Source: Candidatus Omnitrophota bacterium (GTDB lineage Bacteria > Omnitrophota > Gorgyraeia > Gygaellales > Profunditerraquicolaceae). From it: a stretch of DNA of 64,000 nucleotides. This document shows, in pieces, positions 30,197 to 45,100 of this stretch. The number at the start of each line of letters is the position of its first letter. Position 1 is the stretch's first letter. The notes under the pieces were generated by a model. That model saw nothing but the letters and a program-made list of their open reading frames with translations, was not told the origin of the DNA and searched no databases. The stretch is from assembly GCA_041650835.1 (NCBI GenBank), contig JBAZKL010000002.1, positions 538,435-602,434 on the forward strand. Direction: 5' to 3'. A program made the position numbers and the translations under genes.

Positions 30197-33100
30197 CTAT
30201 TTCTTCACACCCGCGTCCGGTTTTGATTCCGGCTTTTTACCGGGAAACGCATCATTCTTGGCACTATCGATCACGCTCTGTCCTGAGCGGATCTGCCCCT
30301 GCCATACGAAGAAAAAGATACCTGCCAACAATCCCAGAAAAACGATCACCACCATGATAATAAGCCAGGTCGTGGTCTTGGTAGGCATATTAAGCTTCAA
30401 TTTACTTTTTTCCAAAAGCTCAGGGGTATTCGGCCCCAATTCCGGCGCAAGCAGCTTTTCCAGATCATCCAGCTTCTTCTGGATCAGCTTCATCATCTCC
30501 AGATTCTGGCGATAATAACCGATATGCCGCTCTCTGCTGACCGTCTCATCTATTTGCGTCTTAGAGATCTCATCGAGCACCGGATAAATCGTATCGGTTA
30601 CCTCTTTTACCTGCGCGTAACTATCGCTCTTTTCAAACTTGGCAAGGAGCGAATCGGTATGCTTCTTAATGTCCGCCAGTGCCGCATCTGGAACAAGCCA
30701 GATATCTTCGACTTCGACCTCAAAGACACGGGCTTCTCCAGGCTTTAATTCCACATCCTCCTTGCTATAGACGAAATAAATGGATTTCTCGGCGTCAAAT
30801 TCAAGTTCCAATCCGCCCAGGTCCATCACATCTTTAGGTTTGACCTCCTCCGGCAGGTATTTCTTTACCTGTACCTTCTGCATCCTTGTCTTTGAAGGGT
30901 TAACGATCATGATCCGGAACTTAACGCTGCCTGACTGCATGGACGAGGAAATGATCGGTGAATCAACACCGCCCAGCTTCGATTCAAGGATCTGTAAGAG
31001 CATATCCACGATCGAATTGATGGTATCGGTCTTATTCCTCATATCTTTGATGGTCGAGGTATCTCCCAGCTTTTCATCCAACAACGCTCCGAGGTCAATA
31101 CCCTGATCACCCATTAACAGCTTAAGTTTTTCGGATATATCGTTAACTGCCTTGGCGAGAGTACTTTCCGATCCGCCGCCCTCTTTTATCATCTGCGGAA
31201 GTTCATCCATTGATTCCTTGAGGTTCTGCAAGGTCATGGAAATATTGATATTATCATTGGAACCAAGGACGGCTTGCACAGCCTGAATGGCATCCAAAGC
31301 CTTCTTCGCGGCGCGTTCGGCTTCAGGGGCCGCGGCTGCAAGGCCGGCAACGGTGGTAATACCCATACTTTCTACCATGCCCGAACCTGAAACAAGGCCG
31401 CCGGTCACCTGTTCGCTGACAATATATGTATACGCCTTACCAACATCAAATCGCGAATCGGCCGTAATATTATAGGTATAAAATCCCAACCGGGATTCTA
31501 CCAAAATCGCGTTTTCGACTATCGCTTCATTATCCCAGGTATAAATACTCAACATCGGCACTAAACTCGGCTGGCCCTGGACCTGGATATTAATAATATC
31601 TCCGGTCAAAGCAGGGTTCGGAGAAGCACTTGCCTTCCAGGAGTATCTCTTGGCTGTTGTCTGTAATTCCTGGCCGGCTTCGACTGCCGTGTCGGCGCCT
31701 GACTGCAACTTGGTGATCGCTTCATTGGTCTGCGTCTCAAAGCTGGTCAAAGAAGTTTCAAGCATACCCACCATACCGCCTGCGGCAATAACTTCTTCTT
31801 TCGTCCTCGTCGGGCCGACGATAATGCCGGTCTGTTCATCCATCTTGGTATCAATGGATGCCTTCTGTTCATCCATCTTGGTAGTGATCAAATTCGAAAC
31901 AGAAGTCTGGAATGAAGGCAGCGTCGTATCCTTCATCTCATTGACCGCCGCTTCCGTACTTTCCAAACGCATGGATTCCGTGACACTAAAGGATGTCGGT
32001 GTCCTAAAATGAGCGCCGGACGCGTTACGCAGGTCAACAAGGGCGGCATACACAACACCTGCCTGTAAATTGGTAGGCGCGTTCCAGATCAGGTTAAAGT
32101 ACCCGCCGGCACCCGCACCTTCCTCATTCAACGTCTGGATCAACACCTGATCCTGGTCATAGATATAAATATCGACGCCCTGCACACCGGTAACGATGCT
32201 GCCGTCTCTTTCCAACCAGGAAGTCGCGCGTAAGATATCATTTGTAGCGTCATAGGTGAATTCAGCCTCAGCGCGCCAGATATGCACCGCGGTAGTTTCC
32301 AGGTACATCGTGAAAGCCTGATCGCTGTCGGCGGTATAATTCAAACCCTTGTCGCCATAGCCTGAGGCAGACCAGGTTGTCGTCCAGAAGCCATACGGTG
32401 TCGCATGGGTCACCGCAGACGTCATCCCGACAGCCTGCCAGCCTACAGTCTCGGTCCCGGTAAGCTTTTCCACAACCGAGAGATTGGTCAACTGCTCATT
32501 CGTCAAGAGGTCGCGGATCGTCCAGGTAATGGTATAGTAATCGATCCTAAAAACAGCCGCTGATGAATGATAAATAGTCTCATCATTGACATCCATGACC
32601 CGGACTTTGACTGTTGATGAACGGTCATCAGGCACAACCCAATTGTAAGAATTAAGATTCGGTGTCGAGGCAGTGATCACCGTCTGGGTCGCGAAATCAT
32701 CTTTTGAGTAGACTAATTTCACATTCGGGATACTTCCGCGATTGGTCCAGGTGATCGCATGAGTCTCATTGGTGATCCAGCGTTCCCCACCCACAGGGGC
32801 AGTCAGGTTAAATTCACCCCGGATCTTAAAATCAGCATTCGAGCTGTCGGCAACCGTATCATCGCCGGGATCCTCAACTCTCACCCGCACTGTCTGTGAA
32901 AGCGTATCAGGCACTGTCCAGCTGTATGAATATGGCCCGCCCGCGCCGGCTCCGTTAGATGCCGCGGCATTGATCAAATTAGGATACGTTACCCCTGAAT
33001 CAAGCGAGTAGCTCAACTTGACCGCGGGCATTGTTCCGCCCCAGGTCCAGGTAATATTATGCGCATCCCCCGCTATCCAAGCCTCACCGCCATTAGGCGC

Positions 33101-36100
33101 GGTTAAGGTCAAGAAACCCTGAATACGGAAATTAGCGTTCGAATCATCGGTAACCGTCACATCCGCGGGATTAACGATCCTGATGCGCGCGGTTGCCGTA
33201 CGGTTATCGGGAACGGTCCAGGAATAACTATTCACATTGGCCACAGAATTGGTGATCGTATTCGGGAAGGTAGCTCCGCCGTCAATAGAATAGAGCAACC
33301 GGACATTGGCGATAGTACCGATGGTATTCCAGGTGATATTATTTACCTGATTGATCGGCCATAACTCACCGCCGTTCGGAGAAGTCATGTTAAAAGCGCC
33401 CCTGATCTTAAAATTAGCGTCTGAAGCATCATACGCGTCGGAATCAGTCGCGCTCATGACCCTGACCCGTATAAATGTTGAGATAGCGTCAGGAATGGTC
33501 CAGCTGTACGTATGCGTGTTGGCTGTCGAAAGAATGATCGTATTCGGGAATGTGCTTCCTGCGTCGGTAGAATAATCCAAACGCACATTGGCAACGGTCC
33601 CGATATTGGTCCAGGTAATAGTTTGCGTATCTGCGACGGTCCAGACCTCACCGCCATTGGGTAAAGTCAACGTATATTTTGCCATGACTTTAAAATTGGC
33701 GTCAGAAATATCATACGCCGTCGGGTCAGCCAGATCGGATATTTTTATCCTGCAGGACGGACTGATCTGGTCAGGGAGCGTCCAGGCAAAAGAGCCGTTA
33801 TTATCTACCGCTCCTATAATATCCGGATAGGAACCGCCGCCGTTGGTTGAGAACTCCAATTTAACCGTGGTAATTCCGCTTCCCGCAGATGTCCAGGTGA
33901 TATTATGGATCGACTCGACTTCCCAGAGTTCTCCTCCATTGGGAGCAGTGATCGCGAAATCACCGGTGACCCTGAAATCAGCGTTCGAATCATCATAAGC
34001 GCCGATATCGTTCGGATCGGATACCCGCACCCTCATATTCTCCCAAATTGCGTCAGGGACGGTCCAGGCATAGGTGCCGGTATTAGGCGCAGCCGCCGTG
34101 ATAGTATAGGTTTCCGTCAAGAAATTATTCTTGGAATACTCTAATTTAACGTTAGCGACCGTTCCCACCCTTGTCCAGGTAATATTATGCACCCTGGCGA
34201 CCCTTAACTGCTCACCGCCGTTGGGGCTGGTAAGGGTGAATTGACAACGGATACGGAAATCATTATTTGAAGTATCAAATGCTTCCGCGTCATTGGCATC
34301 AGCGATCTGTATCCTCATTGTCCCATAAACCTGGTCAGGCACAAACCAGCCGTACGTGCCGTTATTAATAACGTTGGTAGCAATGGATGTCCAGGTAGAA
34401 CCGCTATTAGTAGAGTACGATATATTGACAAATGAAACACTCCCGCTATAGCCCCAGGTAATATCATGATTTGAGCCGACATACCATGACTCGCCGCCGT
34501 TCGGTGAGGTAACGGTAAAATTCCCCTGGATCTTAAAGGCCGCGTCTGAAGTATCGGACACCGTCAGGTCATCGGCATTATAGATCCTCACCAAGGCTTG
34601 AGTCGTAATGGCATCAGGGATTGTCCAGAGATACGACCCCGCGTTCGGTGTTGAAGCAATAATAGGAACATAGATCGAACCGCCGTTATCGGAATACTCT
34701 AAGCGGACATTCGCGATTGAGCCGACGCGGTCCCAGGTAATAAGCCTGCCGGAGCCGACGGTCCATTTTTCCCCGCCGTTGGGCGCGGTGATCGTCAAGC
34801 TTCCCCTGATCTTGAAGTTATTATCGGAAATATCATTGGCGACCGCATCGCTTGCGTCAGAGACCCTGATCCTGCAATTCGCTGAAATAGCGTCAGGGAC
34901 GGTCCAGGGATAATTGTTCGTATTCGCGATAGATGCGACTATCTGCGTCCAGTTGCCTCCGCCGTTTATCGAATAATCCAGTTTAACATTAGTTATAGTG
35001 CCGAACGTGCTCCAGGTGATATTATTGACCGAGTTGACTACCCAGGATTCACCGCCGTTAGGGCTTGAGACCAGGAATGACCCCTGGATCTTAAAGACAC
35101 CGTTAGAAACGTCAGTGACGCTCGCATCGCTTGAGTCGGTTATCCTGACCTTGACGCTGTTTGAAATAGCGTCAGGGACGGTCCAGGAGTAAGAAAGCGT
35201 CACCGCGGGAGCTGAATTAGCTATGACCACGGTCTGGCTTTCATCGGCAAAAGCGTTTGTGGAATATTCAAGTTTAGCGTTGGTAATAGAACCGACCCTC
35301 GTCCAGGTGATATTATGCGAAGAAGCTACCCCCCACTGCTCTCCTCCATCAGGGCTGGTGATAACCAGAAGGCCGTGGATCGTAAAGGCCGCGTCCGACT
35401 CATCGGTCGCGTTACTATCAACCAGGTCGGAGATCTTCACTTTACAATTCGTCGATATTGAATCCGGAATGGTCCACGGATAGACGCCTGAATTCGGAGT
35501 ATTACCCGTGATCAAATTCGGATAGGTCACGCCGCCGTCGGTAGAATACCATATCTTAACGTTGGCATAAGATCCATAGGTGATCCAGGTGATATTACGG
35601 CTTTCGTTTACCGCCCAGCTTTCAGCGCCGTTAGGCGAACCGATGACAAAACCGCCGCGGATGATAAAATTACTATTCGACATATCTGAAACCGTCGCGT
35701 CAGCTGCGTCTGATATTTTAACGCGCGCCTGAATATTCGGATTGTCGGGAATGGTCCAGGCATAGGTCTGCAGCGCCGCATTCACCGAACCGACGATGGT
35801 GAACGGGAACGTCAACCCGCCGTCAACCGAATAATCCAATTTCGCGTTCGTGATCGATCCGTAGCGGATCCAGGTGATATTATGGTTTGAGCTGATGAGC
35901 CAGACTTCAGCGCCATCAGGGCTGGTTAAATTCAGGTTGCCGCGGATCTTAAAGACAACATCCGACACATCCGTAACCTGCGCTGCCAGGACATCGGTGA
36001 CTTTTACTTTCCCTGTAGTCGTAATATTATCCGGGATAAGCCAGTTATAGGAACCCGCGACAGCCGCCGTTGAAGCGATGATCATATTCGGATAGGTCGC

Positions 36101-39100
36101 CCCGCCGTCAACCGAAAATTCCAGTTTTACGTCAGCGATAGAGCCGATCCTCGACCAGCTTATCGATTGCGAAGAACCCACCGACCAGACTTCACCGCCG
36201 TTAGGGCCGATAACAACCAACTGCCCGATGATATTAAAATCACCGTCGGAAGTATCATAAACGGTCAGATCGGACAAATTAGTCACTTTGACCCTGATCT
36301 GCGCCGAAATACTATCTGGTATGGTCCAGGCATACGTGCCGGCGACTGCTCCTGTCGAAGCTACGATCACGTTGGGATAGGTCAGCCCGCCGTCATTCGA
36401 ATAATCGATCTTCACATTCGCGATAGTTCCCGCTATAGTCCAGGTGATATTATGCACGGTAGCGACCGCCCAGGATTCCCCTCCATTAGGAGCGGTCACG
36501 GAAATCGCGCCGCGGATCTTAAAGTTAGCGTTAGAATTATCGAACACGCTTACATCCGAGGCATCGGAAACCCTGACCCGCAGCTGGGTGCTGATAACAT
36601 CGGGGATAACCCATGGATAAACCCCTAAAGAAGCATCAACGGAAGCAACAATGGTAAAGGGGAATGTGGAACCGGCATCCATGGAATAATCCAATTTCGC
36701 GTTTATGATATTGCCGTTACGCGTCCAGGAGATATTCTGGACACTTCCCACATCCCAGATCTCACCGCCGTCGGGAGAGGTCAAGGTAAAGCTTCCCCGT
36801 ATCTTGAAATTGGCATTAGAGGTATCAAAGACCGAAGAGTCGGCAGTATCGGTGATCCTGACCATCACCGTCTGAGAAAGCGTATCGGGAATGGTCCAGG
36901 CCCTGGTCCCGTCGGAAGCAAGCACGTTCGCGGCGATGACATTCGGATACGTTGTACCGCCGTCAGTGGAATACTCGATATTCACATTAGCCACTGAACC
37001 GACAATACCCCAGGTGATATTATAACTATTTCCGACTATCCAGGCCTCTCCTCCATTAGGAGCGGTAACCGTGATATTTCCCCGGATCTTAAAATTATTA
37101 TCTGAAACATCGAATGTCAAAGCATCGTTATAATCGCTGATCCTGACTTTTACCAGCGAGGAGAGCGTATCGGGAATGGTCCAGGCAAATGAACCGGAGT
37201 TACTGGTTGAGCCGGTAATGGCAAACGGATAGGTCGTCCCGCCGTCAGTCGAATAGTCTAATTTTACGGTAGAGACCGAACCGACATAATTCCAGGTGAT
37301 CGGATGAGATGAATTAACAACCCATACTTCTCCTCCGTTAGGAGCAGTAATGGTAAAGTTGGCCTGAATAGTGAAATTAGCATCAGAAACATCGTTCACG
37401 GTCGAATCTGAAACATCGGAGATCCTTACCTTTACCGTCTGTGAAACAGCATCGGGGATATTCCAGGTAAAGCTCAGCGCCCCCGCGGGGGTAGAGCCGA
37501 CAATAGAGTTGTAGCTGCCGCCGCCGTTAGTTGAATACTCCAATTTAACATTAGAGATATTACCAACTTTTGTCCAGATAATATTATTGTTGACTCCCAC
37601 GGTCCAGCGTTCCCCGCCGTTAGGCGAGCTCAAGCCTAATATACCCACGATCTTAAAGTTCACGTCAGAATCATCAAAGACGGAAGCATCCAGGGTATTG
37701 GTGATCTTAACCCTGACCTGGCTGGAAATATTATCCGGGATACTCCATGCGTAGCTGCCGGCAGAAGCATCGACATTATTCTGGACCAGATTAGGATAGG
37801 TCGCCCCTCCGTCGCTGGAATAATCGATGCGGACATTCGCGATAGAGCCGGTCCGTGTCCAGGTGATATTTTGAGCAGTTGCTACCCCCCATGATTCACC
37901 GCCATTGGGCGCGATCACATGTAAAATACCTTTTACGGTAAAAGTCGCATTAGAGGCATCATTAACGCTCGCATCCAAGACATCAGTGACCTTCACCTTT
38001 AAATTGGTGCCGATAGCATCCGGAATAGTCCAGGTATAGGCGCCGACAGGGCCTGCGGTCGATGCTATGATCACATTAGGATACGTATTACCGTCAGTAG
38101 AATATTCAAGTTTAACGTTCTGGATACTTCCGGTAGGAGTCCAGGTGATATTATGGTTCTCCCCCACAAACCAGGTCTCTGAGCCGTTCGGAGAAGTCAA
38201 CAACAGGATACCTTTGACCGTAAAATCAGCGTCTGAAGTATCGGTGACCGAAGCATTACCCGTATCGGTAACCTTAACCCTGAGTTGTCCGCCGATAGCA
38301 TCAGGGACACTCCAGGCATAGGTCTGCGCGGCAGCATCGGTTGATGCAATGATCAAATTATCATACGAAGTCCCGCCATTAATCGAATATTCCAGTTTTA
38401 CCGCCGGAATACTTCCGCTTCTGGTCCAGGTAATGGCCCGCGCTTCCCCGACATACCAGATCTGGCCGCCGTTCGGAGAATTGACCTCCAAAGAGCCGCC
38501 GATAGAGAAATCAGCATCGGATGAATCAAAAACCGAACTATCAGAGGCATCCATTACGCGCACACGCACTAAAATAGACAAATCATCAGGAATGGTCCAG
38601 GCAAAACTACCTGTTGAAGCATCGGTAGAAGCAGCAATAGGCAACGGGAAACTGACACCGGAATTCTTTGAATAATCGATCTTGACATTAGCGATTGTCC
38701 CGGTCCTCGTCCAGGTAACATTATGAGCGGTCGAGACGATCCAGTTCTCTCCTCCATTAGGAGAAGTCACCGCCAAAGCGCCTTTGATGCTGAAATTTGC
38801 CGCGCTTGCGCTATAAACCGTCGAATCTGAAGTATCGGTGATCTTAACCCGTAATTGAGTGCCAATGGCATCAGGGATTGTCCAGCTATACGTCAACAAA
38901 GAAGCATCGACTGAATTGGCAATTGTATTCAAATAGTTTGCCCCGCCGTTAACTGAATATTCCAACTTCACCAAAGCCACACTTCCTGTCCTCAGCCAGG
39001 TAATATTATGAGAAGAAGCTACTACCCAATTCTCTGCGCCAACCGGGGAAAGAAGCGTCAAAGCGCCTTTGATCTTAAAATTACCGTCTGATGTATCAAA

Positions 39101-42100
39101 CGCGTCGTAATCGTTAACGTCGGAGATCCGCACGCGCATCTGTGATGAGATCACATCAGGCACGGTCCAGGAATAGGTCATGCTGTTGGCTATTGAGGCA
39201 GCGATCGTAGCCGGATAATTAGCGCCGCCGTCGCTTGAATACTCTAAGCGCACATTGGTGACGGAACCGACATAGGTCCAGGTAATGTCCTGAGAATTAT
39301 CGACAACCCAGACTTCCGAACCGTTGGGCGAAGAAATAGTGAACCTCCCCTGGATCTTAAAGTCAGCGTCGGATTCATCGGCGACTGTTACATCTGAAGC
39401 GTCAGATATCTTGACCCGGGCATGAGTCGAGGGCGTATCTGAAACGTTCCAGGTGTATTCCCGGCCGCCGGCAGGAGTAGACGCCACGATAAGATAATCG
39501 TAACTTACGCCGCTGTTAGTCGAATACTGCAATTTCACGTTGGCGATAGAACCCGTCATGTTCCAACGGATCGTTTTATCCACTGCAATGCCCCACATTT
39601 CAGCTCCGTTAGGGGTCGTAATGGTCAAAGAACCGATGATCTTGAAATTAGCATTGGAAATATCAAAAACCGTCGCGTCGGAAGTATCGGTGATCCTCAC
39701 CTTGACTGTCGCGCAGGGGTTATCGGGAATGAGCCAACCGTATGTCCCGGATGCCCCGTCGGTTGAAGCAACGATAACCGTAGGATAGGTCGAACCGCCG
39801 TCAAGAGAATATTCCAATTTCACGGAAGTGATCGACCCCTGGCGGGTCCAGGTAACATTCTGCGTAGTTCCGATCTGCCAGGCCTCTGCCCCGTTCGGAG
39901 CGGTAATGGTAAGGGCGCCCTTGACCGTAAAGGTATTATCCGAAACGTCCTCGACCGTCACATCCGTTGAATCCAATATCTTGACTCGCAGGTTAGAGCC
40001 GATAGCGTCGGGAATAGTCCAGGCATAGGTACCTGCCGCGCCATCAACACCGGTAGAGATCGTATTCGGATATGTTGAACCGTTGTCGGTTGAATATACC
40101 AGGTCAATATTAGCGATGGTTCCGGTACGCTGCCAGGTAATATTCTGAACAGTAGCCACCACCCAGGTTTCCGAGCCGTTAGGCTGCATCACGCGCAATT
40201 TACCCTTAATGGTAAATGGATTATTGGATACATCCACAACCGTTTCGTTATTGGCGTCGGTCGTGCGCACTTTAAGGCTGGTACCGATAGCATTGGGCAC
40301 CGACCAGGAATACGCCTGAGTTACACCGCTTACCCCTGCAGGGACTGTCGCGATAAAGACAGTCTGGCCTTCATTGGCAAACGCGTTGGTTGAATATTCA
40401 AGCTTAACCTGTGAAGTAAAGGTACCGGTAGGTATCCATTGAATATTATTCGAATCTCCGACAAACCAGACTTCGCCGCCGTTAGGCGTAACAACCTGCA
40501 GGTTACCTTTGATCTCGAACGCATTATCAGACTCATCCCAGACATTAACGTTATCATCCTGCCTGACACGGATCCTTAAATTCGTACCGATCCGGTCGGG
40601 AATGTCCCAGACAAAGAGCTGATCCGCGGCAGCGACGACCGCGATAAGATTTCCGGGATCAGGATAAGTCCCGCCTCCGACAATACCGCCGTTGGTTGAA
40701 TAATGGATCTGCACATTAGGGATGTTGCCGAATTTCGTCCAGGTAATGTTATAGCTGTTACCGACCTGAATGGATACGCCGGCAGCGTTCGGCGTTTCAA
40801 CGCGCAGGCCTCCTTTAACCACGAAATTATTATTGCTCAGATCGGTTACCGTCGGATCGGAGGTATCGGTGATCTGGATCCGCGCCTGAGTTGAAAGCTC
40901 GGTATCTCCCGGCAAAGCCCATGACCATGTGCCCAGAGAAGCGTCAACTGCCGCGCCATTGATCTTGATCCAATCAACCCCCGCGTTAGCGGAATAATAA
41001 ATATTGATGTTCTGCACCGCCCCTGTCCTGGTCCATTCAACAGAATAAGAATAACCGACACTCCATTGTTCGGTCCCGTCATTAGGGCTATCAACATGCA
41101 AAGCACCTTTGATCTTAAAATTACCGTTAGAAATATCAAAGGAATTCGCGTTTAAGGCATCCGATACGCGCACCTTGACCGCGATAGAGATCGCGTCAGG
41201 AATGGTCCAGGCATAAATATTATTATTCGGCGTACTGGCAATGACCAGGTTCGGATACGTGGCACCGCCGTCGGTAGAATATTCAAGTTTCACATTATTA
41301 ACCGTACCGTTGGTTGTCCAGGCAATGTTCTGAGAATCATTGACGACCCACACTTCGCCGCCGTTTGGCGCTGAAATGGTAAAACCGCCCATGATCGCGA
41401 AATTAGCGTCAGAAGCATCGTTGACCCCGGCATCAGATACATCGGATATCCTCACGCGGACCAAAGTCGTAATGCTATCGGGAATGGTCCAGGCATAGTT
41501 CAAGCCTCCGGCAGGAGTCGAATTAACGACTATGTTCGGATACGTCGTTCCTCCATCAGTCGAATATTCCAGTTTCACGTCAGAGATATTTCCTGTACGC
41601 TGCCAGGTAACACTCTGCGAAGACCCTACCACCCAGTTCTGGCCGCCGTTAGGCGCGGTTAAAAGCAAGGCGCCCGTGATCCTGAACGTCCCATTAGAGA
41701 CATCCTGGACCAGGCTGTCAGCGGTATTGCTTATCCTCACCTTAACGGTATTGCCGATAGCGTCAGGCACTGCCCAGCTGTATTTATATGATCCGGCAGG
41801 CGTACCGGTAGCATCAGTAGAGTTATTAATTACGGTCGTCTGCAATTCATCGGCAAAGGCGTTCGTTGAATATTCAAGTTTAACATTCGCGATACTCCCC
41901 GTTCGCGTCCAGGTAATATCATAACTCGTGTCAACTACCCAAGACTCCCCGCCATTGGGGACAGTCAGGGCCAAAGCGCCTTTAACGGTAAATGAGGCAT
42001 TTGACGCGTCATTAACGGTGGCATCCAAAACGTCGGAAATCCTGACTCTCAGATCGCCTCCGATGGCATCAGCTACCGTCCAACCATAACTTAAAGCGCC

Positions 42101-45100
42101 CGCGGAAGTAGAAGCAATGATGACCGTCGGATAGGTGGCACCCCCGTCAGTCGAATATTCAAGCTTGACATTAGCGACACTTCCGGTCCTGGTCCAGATA
42201 ATATTCCTTGATTCACCGACGATCCAGGTTTCTCCGCCGTTAGGAATGCTTAAAAGCACAGCGCCTTTAATGGTAAAGGCGGCATTGGAAACATCATTAA
42301 CGGAAGCATTCGCCGCGTCAGAAACCCTGACCTTAAGGTCTGTCCCGATAGCGTCGGCAACTGTCCAGGAATATGTTCCTGCGGCCGCAGGGGTAGACGC
42401 CGTGATCACCGTAACGAGTAATTCATCGCTGAAAGCATTGGTGGAATACTCAAGTTTGACATTCGAGAAGGAACCGGTCTTTGTCCAGGTGATATCCCTG
42501 TTCTCCCCGACTATCCAGTTTTCACCGCCGTTGGGTGAAGTAAGCGAAAGCGAACCTTTAATGATAAAATTGGCATCCGATTGGTCGGTTACCGACTCAT
42601 CCCCCACGTCAAAGATCTTTACGCGGGCCTGATTGGTAATAGAATCGGGAATTGTCCAGGAATAACTGAAAGCACCCGCGGGGGTTGTCGCAATGATCGT
42701 ATTTCCTATCGGGTATGTTGCTCCCGCGTCGGTAGAATACATTAATTTAACGTTTGAAATAGCTCCAAACTTAGTCCAGGTGATATTATTGGTAGCGTCA
42801 ACCACCCATTGTTCAGTACCGTTGGGGCTGGTGACCGTCAAGCTTCCGACGACACGGAATACCGCGTTAGAAACATCATAAACGGTAGCATCGGAAACAT
42901 CCGTAATACGCACCTTGACGTTAGAGCTGGGGGTATCAGGGATCAACCAGTCATAGGTAAGCGTAGCGCCGCTGGTTGACGCGATAATGGTATAAGTTTC
43001 CAACTCATTGGCAAAGGCATTCGTCGAGTAATCAAGCTTAACATTAGCAACCGCTCCGACGCGCGACCAGGTTATATTATTATGCGTATTGATCGACCAG
43101 ACTTCCGAACCGTTAGGCGCGCTCAGCGTTAAAGACCCTTTGATCTTAAAATTCGCGTTTGAAGTATCCGAAGCATCAGCGTTAGAGGCATCCGACACCT
43201 GTATTCTAACGGTATTGGATATACTATCGGGAATGGGCCAGCTGTAGAGATTATTATTGGTAGTACTGCCGACAATAACATTCGGGTAGGTCAGTCCGCC
43301 GTCAGTGGAATACTCAAGCTTCACATTGGCAACCGTACCGGTCGTAACCCAGGTAATATCATGGTTCTCATTAACGACCCAGACTTCTCCCCCGTTAGGC
43401 GCGGTAACATTAAAAGCGCCCATGATGATAAAGTTGGCGTTTGAGGCATCTTCAACCGTAGCGTCATTAACATCGGATATCTTAACCTTACAGGTCGTGG
43501 ATATGGCATCGGGAACGGTCCAGGCATAGGTCAGGCCGCCCGCGGGAGTCGATGCGATAACGATACCCGGATACGCCAGCCCTCCGTTGATTGAATATTC
43601 TATCTTTGCGTTCAAGATACTCCCTGTCCGCGTCCAGGTAACATTATTCTGGATGCCCACTCCCCACTTCTCGCCGCCATTCGGGGCAGTTAACACAAAC
43701 CCTCCGCGGATCTTGAAGAAATTATTGGAAACATCCTGCACCGTAGCATCTAACGTATTACTGATCCGCACCTTGAGGGTAGTCGAGATAGCATCGGGGA
43801 TTGTCCAGCTGTATTTATAACTTGCCGGAGGCACACCGGTAGCGTCGATTGAATTATTAATGACCGTGGTCTCAGATTCATTTGAGAAACCATTCGTCGA
43901 ATACTCTAATTTTACATTTACGATACTGCCCATCTTGGTCCAGGTAATATCCTGCACATCATCAACTCCCCATACCTCTCCGCCGTTAGGCGAAGTCAAG
44001 GTCAATGAACCTTTTATAGTAAAGTCAGCGGAGCTGCTGTTGACATTAGCATCCCGGGTATCGCTGACGCGTACTTTTGTCGTCGCGCCTATCGCATCCG
44101 CTACCGTCCAGGAATAACTCCCTGAACCGGTACCTCCGGGAGTCGAGGCGATAATATCATTGTAAACCAAACCGTCTTTTGTATATTCCAGCTTAACGGT
44201 AGGAATAGTCCCGGTAAGGTTCCAGGTAATGCTCCTGCTTTCCCCGACGATCCACGTCAAACCGCCGGTAGGGGCAGTCAGCGCCAAAGACCCTTTGATC
44301 GTAAAGGTACTGCCGCAAACCGCAACAACAGCGGCGTTGGAGGCGTCGGTTACCCTGACTTTAAGGTCATTGCCGATCTTGTCGGGTATCGTCCAATCAT
44401 AGGACTGCAGGACACCGCTCGCACCCGCAGATACGGTAGCGATACTGAACGTTTCTAATTCATCGGCAAAAGCGTCCGTTGAATATTCCAGTTTAACCTG
44501 AGAGTACGTACCTGTCGGGGTCCACTGGACCTGCCGCGTATCGCCCACAAACCAGGTCTCTCCACCCAAAGGCGCATTTAAAGCTACTTTACCGATAATG
44601 CTGAACGCATTACCCGACTCATCCCAAACCGTGCTATTTCCGGCATCGCGGATCCTGACACGTACATTCGTGCCTATGGCATCAGCAACCGACCAGTTAT
44701 AGCTCAGGTCAGTCGCCGGGACTGTCGCTATCAAATTGCCCGGAAGATAGCTTCCTCCGCCTGCAATACCGCCATTTATGGAATAATGCAGTTCGACATT
44801 AGCTACCGCTCCGAATTTCGCCCAGGTAATATTATAGATATCGCCGACCTTAAGCGTAATACCCGCGGCAGTAGGAGTATTGAGGGTAACCGCGCCCTTG
44901 ACCTCGAACTTGGCATTCGAAAGATCATAAACAGTCGCGTCAGAGGCATCTTCGACCCTGATATATCCTGAGAAACCTGTTGTCAAAAGTATGGCGTCTG
45001 AAATGGTCCAGTCCCACGTCCCTAAGGCCGCGTCAACCGCGACGGGATTGATCTTGGTCCAATCTGTGCCGTTATTATGTGAATAATAAATATTGATCAA